A DNA stretch of 64,000 nucleotides from an uncultured Candidatus Entotheonella sp. (GCA_965217185.1 OZ244252.1:800001-864000); one strand, 5' to 3'; positions 27,751 through 36,937 are shown, counted from the first letter of the stretch. Program-made: numbers and translations. Notes: a model not told the origin generated them from the sequence alone.

Positions 27751-29721
27751 ATGACTGACAAACCGGGGCAAGTTGAGGCCATAGAGCAGGGAGCACCAGA
27801 GGCGGCGGAGCAGGGCGCTCAAGAGCCGGCGCCTGTGCCAGAAGCCAGTGAATCTGCCGTTGTTGAGAAGGACGTCAGCAGCAACAGTGAATCTGCCGTT
27901 GTTGAGAAGGACGTCAGCAGCAACAGTGAATCTGCCGTTGTTGAGGAGGACATCAGCAGCAACGAGGAACTGGAAAAGCTCTATGAAGAAAGTCTCAAGC
28001 ACATCCAGGAAGGCGAGATTGTCCGTGGGCGTGTGGTGCACATCGGACGGGACACCGTGCTGATAGATGTCGGCTACAAGTCCGAAGGGACGATTGATCT
28101 GGACGAATTCCCCGACCATGGAAGGCAGCTTCAGGTTGGCGAGGAAGTGGATGTTCTTCTTGAAGAGAAGGAAGACAGCGAAGGCCAGGTCGTCCTCTCC
28201 AAGGAAAAGGCGAACCGCATCAAAGTCTGGGACGAGATCAGCCAGCGCTATGACCGGGACGAGGTCGTCGAGGGCGTGGTTCTCGCGCGCATCAAGGGCG
28301 GCCTGACGGTTGACATTGGCCTGAAGGCGTTTCTTCCCGGATCGCAGATCGACCTGCGGCCCGTTCGCAATCTCGACAAGCTCATTGGTGAAAAGCTGCA
28401 TATGCGCATCATCAAGCTGAACAAACGCCGCGGCAACATCGTCTTGTCGCGCCGCGTCTTGCTTGAAGAGGAGCGGCAGCAAGCCAAGGAGAAAACGTTG
28501 GCCTCGTTGGCCGAGGGTCAGACCGTTGAAGGCGTGGTCAAGAACATCACCGAGTACGGCGCCTTTATCGATCTCGGCGGCATTGACGGATTGCTCCACA
28601 TCACCGACATGTCTTGGGGCCGCGTCAGTCATCCCTCCGAACTCTTTGCCATTGGCGACAGCGTTACTGTCATGGTCCTTAAATTCGACCAGGAACACGA
28701 GCGGGTATCGCTTGGCCTCAAACAGACGACACCTGATCCTTGGACAAATGTTGCCGAGAAATATCCCGAGGAGTCCAGGGTGGCCGGCAAGGTCGTCAGC
28801 ATTACCGATTACGGTGCTTTCATTGAGTTGGAAGAGGGGATAGAAGGACTCGTGCACGTCTCGCAGATGTCGTGGGCACGACGCACCCGGCACCCCTCAA
28901 AGATCGTCAACATCGGCGATACCATTGAAGCCGTCGTTCTGAGCGTTGACAAGGAAAGAAAACGCATCTCCCTGGGTATGAAGCAGATCGAGCCGAATCC
29001 GTGGACGACGGTTGACGAGCGTTACCCCGTGGGCAGCGAGATTGAAGGCAAGGTGCGGAACCTGACGGATTTCGGGGCGTTCATCGCATTGGAAGAGGGA
29101 ATCGACGGTCTGATTCACATCTCCGACATGTCATGGACGCAGCGGGTCAAGCACCCGTCTGAAATCCTCAAGAAGGGTCAGCGCGTTTGTGCCGTGGTGC
29201 TTAATGTTGACAAAGATAATGAGCGTTTGTCGCTCGGTCTTAAGCAGATGGAACCCGACCCCTGGACGCTTGTTGAAACGAAGTATCAGGTCGGACAGGA
29301 AGTGCGGGTGAATATCGTCAAGATAACCAACTTCGGGGCGTTCGCGGAACTCGAAGACGGTGTGGAGGGCCTTATTCATCTTTCCGAGCTCGGCCAAGGT
29401 AAAGTCACCGATCCCGAGGAAGTCGTCTCGGTGGGTCAGGAACTCGACACCAAGATCATCAAAATCGAAGCGGCGACGCGCAAAATTGGTCTCAGCATTC
29501 GTGCCATGACGGAGGAAGTCGAGCGTCAAGAAGAGCCGAGCGACGACAATCTACCCGCCAGAGGCTCGGCAACGGCCGCCAGAGGCTCGGCAACGGCCGC
29601 CAGAGGCTCGGCAACGGATAATGCCATGTCGGAGTCAATATCGGAGTCAATGTCGGGTCTGCAATCGGCCTTGGCGGATGCCATCAGAGAACAAGAGCAG
29701 AAGCAGGAACAGGAAGAATAA
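27751..29721 (+). CDS. rpsA: 30S ribosomal protein S1 with repeat-containing N- and C-terminal extensions
   Basis: Six S1 domains (DVGYKSEG, AFLPGSQ, YGAFIDLGGIDGLLHITDMSW, etc.). AGGAGG RBS before ATG 27751. Confidence 0.97.
   Translation: MTDKPGQVEAIEQGAPEAAEQGAQEPAPVPEASESAVVEKDVSSNSESAVVEKDVSSNSESAVVEEDISSNEELEKLYEESLKHIQEGEIVRGRVVHIGRDTVLIDVGYKSEGTIDLDEFPDHGRQLQVGEEVDVLLEEKEDSEGQVVLSKEKANRIKVWDEISQRYDRDEVVEGVVLARIKGGLTVDIGLKAFLPGSQIDLRPVRNLDKLIGEKLHMRIIKLNKRRGNIVLSRRVLLEEERQQAKEKTLASLAEGQTVEGVVKNITEYGAFIDLGGIDGLLHITDMSWGRVSHPSELFAIGDSVTVMVLKFDQEHERVSLGLKQTTPDPWTNVAEKYPEESRVAGKVVSITDYGAFIELEEGIEGLVHVSQMSWARRTRHPSKIVNIGDTIEAVVLSVDKERKRISLGMKQIEPNPWTTVDERYPVGSEIEGKVRNLTDFGAFIALEEGIDGLIHISDMSWTQRVKHPSEILKKGQRVCAVVLNVDKDNERLSLGLKQMEPDPWTLVETKYQVGQEVRVNIVKITNFGAFAELEDGVEGLIHLSELGQGKVTDPEEVVSVGQELDTKIIKIEAATRKIGLSIRAMTEEVERQEEPSDDNLPARGSATAARGSATAARGSATDNAMSESISESMSGLQSALADAIREQEQKQEQEE
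27847..27963 (+). repeat. In-frame 39-bp tandem repeat x3 (SESAVVEKDVSSN)
   Basis: AGTGAATCTGCCGTTGTTGAGAAGGACGTCAGCAGCAAC twice exactly; third copy has 2 substitutions. Confidence 0.95.
29557..29617 (+). repeat. In-frame 21-bp tandem repeat x~2.9 (ARGSATA)
   Basis: GCCAGAGGCTCGGCAACGGCC twice exactly plus 19 nt of a third copy. Confidence 0.95.
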
Positions 29722-29946
29722 GAACGGAATCTTTCTGGCCGCAGTGAAGACCTCGTACCACACAATCCCAAACCCGACCCGGACAAGGCCGACAAAGGAA
29801 AAACACGGTCAGACCTAACGCCTTGCGCTGGGTCAAAAGGGGCTTCTTTTGTCCCCGTAGTGAGGCGTGGTGATGGTAAGGCGTAGACGGACGCAGTGAT
29901 CAAAGTCCCTCCGATTTGAGCATTTTCCTTAGGTGAGGCTGGATAC

Positions 29947-30222
29947 ATGACAAAAGCAGAACTTGCTGGGAGAGTTGCCGACAAAATCCACCTCACCAAG
30001 AAGCAGACCGAAGCCATCGTCAACATTTTGTTCACGTGTATTACCGATGCCTTGAAAGAGGGTGACAAGGTCGAGTTGCGAGGCTTTGGCAGTTTCCGAA
30101 CCCGAAGCCGCAATGCACGCGAAGGGCGCAATCCCAAAACTGGCGATACGGTCCAAATCCCCTCCAAGAAGGTACCCTTCTTTAAGGCCGGGAAGGAACT
30201 TCGGGAAGTCGTAGATCGTTAG
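29947..30222 (+). CDS. ihfB: Integration host factor beta/HU family DNA-binding protein
   Basis: MTKAEL, VELRGFGSF, GRNPKTG, PFFKAGKELRE. The cmk-rpsA-ihfB order supports ihfB. Confidence 0.85.
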   Translation: MTKAELAGRVADKIHLTKKQTEAIVNILFTCITDALKEGDKVELRGFGSFRTRSRNAREGRNPKTGDTVQIPSKKVPFFKAGKELREVVDR

Positions 30223-30341
30223 TTTTATGTGCCTCCTGCCATTTTTCGCACCGCTGTTTCAAAATCCGTTGCCCGATTTGTACAGACTGAGGGCCGCGTG
30301 CGTTGGGTGAGCGGATGCTTTTCTGCAGGAATGGTCTCCAG

Positions 30342-31298
30342 ATGGTCGACCCGTTGGTCGTCATAGTCGGTCCCACTGCGGTAGGAAAGACCGCTCTTTC
30401 TTTACACCTCGCCCAGACAATCCATGCCGAGATCGTCAATGTCGATTCGCGACAGATGTACCGCCACATGGACATCGGCACCGCGAAACCCACCCCCTCC
30501 GAACAAGCTGAAGTGCCTCACCATTTACTCGATGTGCTCCTGCCGGACCAACCGGGCACCGCTGCTCAGTGCGCCTACCTTGCACGTCAAGCCCTTGAAG
30601 ACATCAGGCGACGCGGCCGGCGGGCAGTGATTGTCGCGGGCGGCGGGCTGTACCTGCAGGCGCTGCTTTACGGCCTCATGCCGGTTCCACCGGCGCATGC
30701 GCCCTTGCGGGCTGAGTTATGTGCCTATGCCGACCGTCATGGGAATACCGCGTTGCACGCCTTGTTGCAGCGGGCTGACCCAACCGCTGCGGCAGCCTGC
30801 CATGTGCATGACCGTGTGCGTGTTGTGCGGGCCCTGGAAGTGACGTATCTGACCGGTGTGCCATTTTCCGAGCACTGTTCCCGCCACCAGGCGCGCGAGC
30901 CGTTGTATCCGTATGTGGGAATTGCCTTGACGCGCGATCGAACTGAACTCTATGCCCGGATCGGGGAACGTACGGATGCCATGCTTGCGGCGGGTTGGCT
31001 GGCGGAAGTCGAGGGGCTGGTGGCGTGCGGTTACACGGAGACCTCCGCAGCGATGAATAGTCTTGGTTATCGGGAATTACTGGGCTACTTGGCGGGTCGA
31101 ACCGGATGGCAGGAAACCGTCGATGGCATCAAACAGGCGACGCGGCGTTTTGCCAAACGGCAGTTGACGTGGTTTTCCAAATTGCCGGACTTGTCCTGGT
31201 ACAATCTCACCCGCGTGAACGAAAACACTGTGGTGGCGGAGGTCGTCAACGCGCTACGCATTGGGATGGACTCACAGACAAAGGCGTGCAGCTTGTGA
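30342..31298 (+). CDS. miaA: tRNA dimethylallyltransferase
   Basis: IVGPTAVGKT, DSRQMYRHMDIGTAKP, PHHLLD, TRRFAKRQLTWF. Confidence 0.95.
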   Translation: MVDPLVVIVGPTAVGKTALSLHLAQTIHAEIVNVDSRQMYRHMDIGTAKPTPSEQAEVPHHLLDVLLPDQPGTAAQCAYLARQALEDIRRRGRRAVIVAGGGLYLQALLYGLMPVPPAHAPLRAELCAYADRHGNTALHALLQRADPTAAAACHVHDRVRVVRALEVTYLTGVPFSEHCSRHQAREPLYPYVGIALTRDRTELYARIGERTDAMLAAGWLAEVEGLVACGYTETSAAMNSLGYRELLGYLAGRTGWQETVDGIKQATRRFAKRQLTWFSKLPDLSWYNLTRVNENTVVAEVVNALRIGMDSQTKACSL

Positions 31299-31348
31299 TG
31301 CCTGTGGGTTCTTGGGGGCACTCGTAGCACCGAAACCTGGAGAATGAT

Positions 31349-32149
31349 GTGTACCCGGAAGTGTTTCGCATAGGGCCGTTCGTGGTGCGGTATTACGGCC
31401 TGATGTACGTGGTTGCGCTGTTGGTGGGCATCGTCTTGCTGCGTTTGGAGGCCAAGCGGCGTGGCCTGCCACCGGAGCGCATTGTGGATGCGGCCTTTTA
31501 TGCCTTTGTGGCGGGGTTCCTGGGCGGGCGTCTGTATTACGTGATTTTCAAGTGGGGCCATTATAGTGCCAACCCGTTAAAGATATTCGCCATTTGGGAA
31601 GGCGGCATGGCGATCCACGGCGGCATTATTGGCGGCATGATCGGCTTGTGGCTCTACGCGTGTTCTAGCGGAATCTCTGTGCGAACGCTATGGGACATGG
31701 CCGTTCCGGCGGGGATTCTAGGGCACGCCCTGGGCCGCTTCGGTAATTTCATGAACGGCGACGCGCATGGCTACCCGTTGCGTTCACTGCACCTGCCGAG
31801 CTGGCTGCAGCATTTCCCGGAATGGATGGGCGTGACGTTTCCGCCTTCAAGCATTGCCGGACGGGAGTTTGGCCAAGTGCCACTGCATCCGGTCATGCTA
31901 TACGAGTTGGCTTTGAATCTGGTCGGCTTTGTGTTGCTGTGGAGTCTGCGCAAATCGCGCCTTCCCGAGGGCGGGTTGGGGGGGGTGTATCTTATTTACT
32001 ACGCCTGCGTGCGGTCGTTTACGTCCCTCTTTCGGGCCGATGATCTTTATCTCGGTCCCCTACGTTTGCCACACGTGGTGAGCCTCGTGATGATCGTGGC
32101 CGGACTGTATCTGCTACGTCCGCGAAATTATCGCGCCGCTGTTTCGTAG
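31349..32149 (+). CDS. lgt: Prolipoprotein diacylglyceryl transferase
   Basis: RYYGLMY, GGRLYYV, IWEGGMAIHGG, GRFGNFMNG, HPVMLYE. Confidence 0.95.
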   Translation: MYPEVFRIGPFVVRYYGLMYVVALLVGIVLLRLEAKRRGLPPERIVDAAFYAFVAGFLGGRLYYVIFKWGHYSANPLKIFAIWEGGMAIHGGIIGGMIGLWLYACSSGISVRTLWDMAVPAGILGHALGRFGNFMNGDAHGYPLRSLHLPSWLQHFPEWMGVTFPPSSIAGREFGQVPLHPVMLYELALNLVGFVLLWSLRKSRLPEGGLGGVYLIYYACVRSFTSLFRADDLYLGPLRLPHVVSLVMIVAGLYLLRPRNYRAAVS

Positions 32150-32155
32150 CATGGC

Positions 32156-32809
32156 TTACTGGGCGCGCCGTTTCGACTGAGCCTGCAGCATTATCTCTTT
32201 GAGAGTAGCGGCGGCTCGTTCGACATCCTCGGCGCTCACGATTGCAGAGCACACCGCCACATGGTCAGCGCCGGCCGCGACGACTTTCGATATGTTGTGT
32301 TCGGAAATTCCTCCCAAGGCGACGAGCGGGATGTCAATTGCCGCAAGGGCATCGTGCATCATCTCGGTGCCGCGGGGCGAAGCTGCCGTCTCTTTCGTGG
32401 CTGTCTGGTAAATGGGGCCGAACCCGACGTAATCGGCCTGTTGTTGCTGAGCGCGGCGTGCCATATCGACTGAAGACGTGGAGACACCAAGTAGAGCCGG
32501 CGGCGGCAGCAGCTTTCTGGCCATGCCGGCCGGCAGATCCGTCTGTCCTACGTGAGCGCCCTCCGCTTCGATGGCCAAAGCAATGTCGACGCGATCATTG
32601 ACGATAAGCGGCACTTGGTAACGCGCCGTTAGTTCATGAACGCGTATGCCTTCCTCAACTATCGTAGCCGCCTCAGCTCCCTTGTCGCGGAGTTGGACGA
32701 CATCCACACCGCCTGCTAAGGCTGCCCGGACGACGTCAACGGTGGAACGACCGCGAGACAGGGCGCGGTCGGTTATGAGATAGAGGGTGCATTCGCTGAA
32801 AGGCCGCAT
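32156..32809 (-). CDS. thiE: Thiamine-phosphate synthase
   Basis: LYLITD, VQLRDK, LIVNDRVDIA, HVGQTDLP, GPIYQTATK, VALGGI. Confidence 0.95.
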   Translation of the reverse strand: MRPFSECTLYLITDRALSRGRSTVDVVRAALAGGVDVVQLRDKGAEAATIVEEGIRVHELTARYQVPLIVNDRVDIALAIEAEGAHVGQTDLPAGMARKLLPPPALLGVSTSSVDMARRAQQQQADYVGFGPIYQTATKETAASPRGTEMMHDALAAIDIPLVALGGISEHNISKVVAAGADHVAVCSAIVSAEDVERAAATLKEIMLQAQSKRRAQ

Positions 32810-32820
32810 GCGCTACACTC

Positions 32821-33615
32821 CTAGTCGAGAGATGACAGGGACAATTTCAGTTCGACGGGTCGCTGGTTTCTGGTTACATGCAAAACGACTTCCTCACCCG
32901 CCGCCTTGTTCTGGCAGAGGCTTTGAAAGTCCTGAACGGTGTTGATCTTCATTCCATCCGCCTCCGTAATCACGTCTCCACGGCGCACGTCATGACCCTC
33001 GGCATGACGCTCCAGCCCAGCGGAGGCCACCAAAATCCCGTTCGTCGTGGTCAGGTTGAAGATGCGGGCGAGTTGTGGGGTAAGGCTCTGAACAAAAATG
33101 CCGCACATCTTCGCGGAATGCTCCTGCGTCTCCGGTCCGGCGAGGATGACGGTGCGCGTGGCATCCAACACCTTGCGGGCGACGAATATTGGCGCATTTG
33201 TACGGGTGGCGAGCGCGATGGCGTCGCTGGGGCGAGCATCGATGGTTATTGTTTCGGAACCGCGTTGCAAGTCAATTTTGGCGAAATAGGTGTTGTTCCG
33301 AAGGTCATTGATGAAGATGCGTCGTACGCCAATTTTCAAATTGACTAGTATATTGTTGAGGAGTGCGTGGGTCAGCGGCCGGGGCGTGTCTACCCCCTCA
33401 AGCTCCAAGGCAATGGCACGCGCCTCGGGCAGGCCGATCCAGATGGGAAACGCCTCGTGCCCCCGACTGTCCTCGAGGATGACGATAGGGGAATGCCTCT
33501 CGGGGTCCATGGTGACGCCTCTTACCTTCATTTCGACTGCGTCGTCGGCGTGCCCGAGATTGCCAAGGCTGATCATCAACAGGCTTATCAAAAGGAAGAG
33601 GCTACGTCGTTTCAT
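32821..33615 (-). CDS. Bifunctional nuclease (DUF151) domain protein with N-terminal signal peptide and C-terminal PDZ-like domain
   Basis: MKRRSLFLLISLLMISLGNLGHA; FPIWIGLPEARAI, PRPLTH, IDARPSDAIALA; GIFVQSLTPQLA...GILVA...RGDVITEADG. Confidence 0.75.
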   Translation of the reverse strand: MKRRSLFLLISLLMISLGNLGHADDAVEMKVRGVTMDPERHSPIVILEDSRGHEAFPIWIGLPEARAIALELEGVDTPRPLTHALLNNILVNLKIGVRRIFINDLRNNTYFAKIDLQRGSETITIDARPSDAIALATRTNAPIFVARKVLDATRTVILAGPETQEHSAKMCGIFVQSLTPQLARIFNLTTTNGILVASAGLERHAEGHDVRRGDVITEADGMKINTVQDFQSLCQNKAAGEEVVLHVTRNQRPVELKLSLSSLD

Positions 33616-33832
33616 ACGTTTTCTCCAGGAAAATTAAGGGCACAATACAACGTATCTTGATATGACAGGTGTACGACAATCCAAATACTAAACCACCTCA
33701 TTCTCTAGCTTTGCATGCTAGCTTGTCCCAAAGATCAAGTCAAAGAAGGAGAAGGTGAGGTGGTTGGAAATATGTTATGTTCAAATGGCGTGATAGTTGT
33801 TATTGATCCCTAGGGCGAGGAGCATCAAGTAT

Positions 33833-36697
33833 ATGCTTGTTATGACCAGACGGATGAGTCAGTTGATGGGTTTTCTCATTCTGGTAAGCATGATCTTTGT
33901 CCTGCTGAGCGTCGGCTCTTATTCGCTGGACGATCCGGCCTGGAATCACTACACGAACCAGGAGGTGATTGACGTCGAGAATCTTGGCGGGCGAGTTGGT
34001 GCTTTTCTTGCCGATTGGGGATTGCAGTTGTTCGGGAGCACGGTGTTTGTCTTCATTGCCTGCACGGCATTGGGGGCGATCTGCCTGATGCGTGCCCGCA
34101 TGAGACCTATTGTAGGGGCAGCATGGCGTGGCCTGTTGCTGCTTGTGGCTGTCAGCACGCTGGCGCATTTGTATTGGATTGATGACCCTTTCTTCAAAGC
34201 CGGATTGTTGGCGGGTGGGGCGAGTGGTCAATGGCTGGCCGAATTTCTAGTCCCCTATCTCGAATTGCCGGGCACTTATGCCGTGGCAGGATTGTCTGTG
34301 CTGTGCGTTCTGTTGAGTTGCACGCGGCTGTCTTTGCTCAAGGGAGTTAGGCATGTGGTTGCCGCTGTCAGATTGACGAAAGAGCATGGTGAGTCTGACG
34401 ATTCGTTCCTGTTCGATGAGGATTTGGACCTGAGAGCCTATCCTTCTGCCTTCCAAGACGACGATGCCCGAGGGGTGTCTACTGACGAAACGATTTCTGA
34501 AGAAAATAACCGGATGACAGTGCCTCGCGTCAGACGGCTTGCAACAGAAACCAGCGTCGCCGATCCGAATTTGGAGCAGGCAACTCCTGCGAAAAGCCGC
34601 CCATCAAAAGTTCCCAAGCCACCATCGTTCCTTGCGCAGCGTGCCAGGAAGTCTCAGCAGTCCCACCAAGTGCCTTCACGCGAAACGATTTCCGAAAAAA
34701 GTAACCAGGAGGAAACGCCCCGCGTCGAGCAGCCCGCGCCCAAAGGCGGCATTGCTGATCTGGTCAGGAAACCGGCGGCTTCTTCCGAACACCGCCCATC
34801 GAAAATCCCCATATTGCCGTCGTTCCGTGCAAAGTACGTAATGGAACTTCAGCGGAGCATCCAAAAGCCCGCACGCAAAGGGGCCCCTGAAAAAAACGAT
34901 GGGGAGGAAGTGCCTCTAGTCGAACCGCCGGTGACTGAAGAAAACATTGTTGACCCGAGCACGGACGAGTTGCCCCCTTCGGAAGCCCGCGTATCGCAAG
35001 CCGCCAAACGGCCGTCGTTTCGTGCCAAGCGAGCGACGGAACCTCCGCGTATTGTCGAAGCCCTCCCGCGCGAAACGGTTCCCGAAGAAATCGACCGGGA
35101 GGAAGTGAGTCTTGCCGAACGGTCTATGCCCGAAGTCAGCGTCGCTGAGCCGATTGAGGAGCAAACGGCTTCTTCAGAAGCTCCCGCGCCGCAGGTCTCC
35201 ATATTACAACCGCTTCCTGTCAAGCACGTGACGCCGTCTCAGCAGCCCCAACTGCCCTCACTGGATTTGCTAGAAGCCCCGTTAAATACCGAGAAGGGTC
35301 AAAGCGAAGAGGAACTCATGGAACGGGCGCGCTTCCTCGAACAAAAGCTGCGGGAATTTGGCGTTGAGGGGGAAGTCGTCCAGGTTTCACCGGGTCCGGT
35401 GATTACGATGTACGAGTTTGCTCCCGCTGCTGGCGTCAAGGTCAATAAAATTGCCAATTTACAGGACGATTTGGCTCTTGTGATGCGGGCTCTCAGTGTG
35501 CGGATCGTGGCACCGGTTCCCGGCAAAGCTGTGGTGGGCATCGAGGTTCCCAATGTACGGCGGGAAACGATAGCGTTGCGGAGTCTGGTGGATACCGAGG
35601 AGTTTCAAGGCTCATCGTCAAAGCTGAACATTGTTTTGGGTAAAGACATCCTGGGTCAGCCGGTCATCACAGACCTTGCGCTTATTCCCCATCTACTGGT
35701 TGCAGGGGCCACCGGTTCCGGCAAGAGTGTCGGACTCAACAGCGTGATTTGCAGTCTGTTGTTTCGGGTGACGCCGGCCGAGGTCAAACTGATCATGATT
35801 GATCCCAAGATGTTGGAATTTTCGATCTACGACGGCATTCCGCATCTGCTCGTACCGGTTGTCACCGACTCCAAGAAGGCCGCCGTGGCGCTACGGCGTG
35901 TGGTCGCGGAAATGGAAAGACGCTACCAGCTTCTGGCCGCCAAAGGCGTCCGCAGTATTGCGCAATACAATCAGAGGATCAGAAATGAACAGGCCCGTAG
36001 CGAAAGCAATGGGGCGGACGCCCAGAACCAAGCGGCACCGGCCGAGCCGTTGCCCTATCTTGTTGTAGTGGTCGACGAGCTCTCCGACCTGATGATGGTT
36101 TCGTCACGTGAGGTTGAGGATTCGCTGATGCGCATCGCCCAGATGGCACGGGCTGCGGGTATTCACCTCATTGTTGCCACGCAGCGCCCATCGGTCGACG
36201 TGCTGACGGGCGTCATCAAAGCCAATTTTCCCGCCCGCCTGTCGTTCCAGGTCACGTCCAAAATCGACTCTCGTACGATCCTTGACGCCAATGGCGCGGA
36301 AACGCTACTGGGCCGGGGCGACATGCTCTTCCTTGCGCCGGGGACGTCCAAGCCGCAGCGCGTACACGGCGCGTACGTGTCGGAGGAGGAGATCACGCGC
36401 TTGGTGGAGGCGTGGAAGGCGATTGAACAGCCGAACTACAACGATAGCTTTCTGGAGCCCATCAACGAGCGGACGGATGACGAGGACAGTGAATACGACG
36501 AAAAATACGACGAGGCCGTTGCGCTTGTGGCGCGTACCGGACAGGCGTCCATTTCCATGCTGCAGCGGCGCTTGCGGGTTGGCTACAATCGTGCGGCGCG
36601 CATGATCGAGGTGATGGAGAAAAAAGGGGTCGTGGGTCCGGCGGATGGCGTAAAGCCGCGGGAAGTGTTGGTGCGGGATACGTATGATGAGGTGTGA
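33833..36697 (+). CDS. ftsK: DNA translocase FtsK
   Basis: N-terminal TM region, PHLLVAGATGSGKSV, VVVVDELSDLM, ATQRPSVDV, gamma domain ASISMLQRRLRVGYNRAAR. GAGGAG before ATG 33833. Confidence 0.97.
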   Translation: MLVMTRRMSQLMGFLILVSMIFVLLSVGSYSLDDPAWNHYTNQEVIDVENLGGRVGAFLADWGLQLFGSTVFVFIACTALGAICLMRARMRPIVGAAWRGLLLLVAVSTLAHLYWIDDPFFKAGLLAGGASGQWLAEFLVPYLELPGTYAVAGLSVLCVLLSCTRLSLLKGVRHVVAAVRLTKEHGESDDSFLFDEDLDLRAYPSAFQDDDARGVSTDETISEENNRMTVPRVRRLATETSVADPNLEQATPAKSRPSKVPKPPSFLAQRARKSQQSHQVPSRETISEKSNQEETPRVEQPAPKGGIADLVRKPAASSEHRPSKIPILPSFRAKYVMELQRSIQKPARKGAPEKNDGEEVPLVEPPVTEENIVDPSTDELPPSEARVSQAAKRPSFRAKRATEPPRIVEALPRETVPEEIDREEVSLAERSMPEVSVAEPIEEQTASSEAPAPQVSILQPLPVKHVTPSQQPQLPSLDLLEAPLNTEKGQSEEELMERARFLEQKLREFGVEGEVVQVSPGPVITMYEFAPAAGVKVNKIANLQDDLALVMRALSVRIVAPVPGKAVVGIEVPNVRRETIALRSLVDTEEFQGSSSKLNIVLGKDILGQPVITDLALIPHLLVAGATGSGKSVGLNSVICSLLFRVTPAEVKLIMIDPKMLEFSIYDGIPHLLVPVVTDSKKAAVALRRVVAEMERRYQLLAAKGVRSIAQYNQRIRNEQARSESNGADAQNQAAPAEPLPYLVVVVDELSDLMMVSSREVEDSLMRIAQMARAAGIHLIVATQRPSVDVLTGVIKANFPARLSFQVTSKIDSRTILDANGAETLLGRGDMLFLAPGTSKPQRVHGAYVSEEEITRLVEAWKAIEQPNYNDSFLEPINERTDDEDSEYDEKYDEAVALVARTGQASISMLQRRLRVGYNRAARMIEVMEKKGVVGPADGVKPREVLVRDTYDEV
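34487..35266 (+). repeat. Four degenerate 195-bp (65-aa) tandem repeats in the FtsK linker
   Basis: Unit starts at 34487 (GAAACGATTTCTGAAGAA), 34682 (GAAACGATTTCCGAAAAA), 34877 and 35072 (GAAACGGTTCCCGAAGAA), each exactly 195 bp apart. PSF recurs at the same offset. Confidence 0.75.
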
Positions 36698-36721
36698 GCG
36701 CAAGGCATCGGGGAATGTCGG

Positions 36722-36880
36722 GTGATCACGAAGCTGGACGGCAAATGGCGGGCCTTATGGATTTGTGGTGCCGTGTGGTTATGCCTGCTCGTACTCGCAA
36801 TGACCGGCTGTGGGCGCAAGAAGCCCCCGCTGCCGCTTAAACAGGACACTGCCCAACTGGTTGTTGGCTGGAAAGCATGA
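36722..36880 (+). CDS. Small lipoprotein (LptM/YifL-like), 52 aa, absent from the ORF track
   Basis: GTG ATC ACG...GCA TGA reads MITKLDGKWRALWICGAVWLCLLVLAMTG-CGRKKPPLPLKQDTAQLVVGWKA: lipobox followed by CGxKxPP. Confidence 0.65.
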   Translation: MITKLDGKWRALWICGAVWLCLLVLAMTGCGRKKPPLPLKQDTAQLVVGWKA

Positions 36881-36937
36881 GGGAATGGTCGGCGGGCGAA
36901 GAAGGACGTCAACGGGAACGCATAGGAGGATGAATCG

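Noticed and set aside
27847..27963. Possible mini-CRISPR array
   Set aside because: The repeats are directly adjacent with no spacers, are in frame within rpsA, and no cas genes are present.
29830..29855. Intrinsic terminator after rpsA (GGGTCAAAAG/CTTTTGTCCC hairpin)
   Set aside because: The stem is present but has no following U-tract, so a terminator call is not supported.
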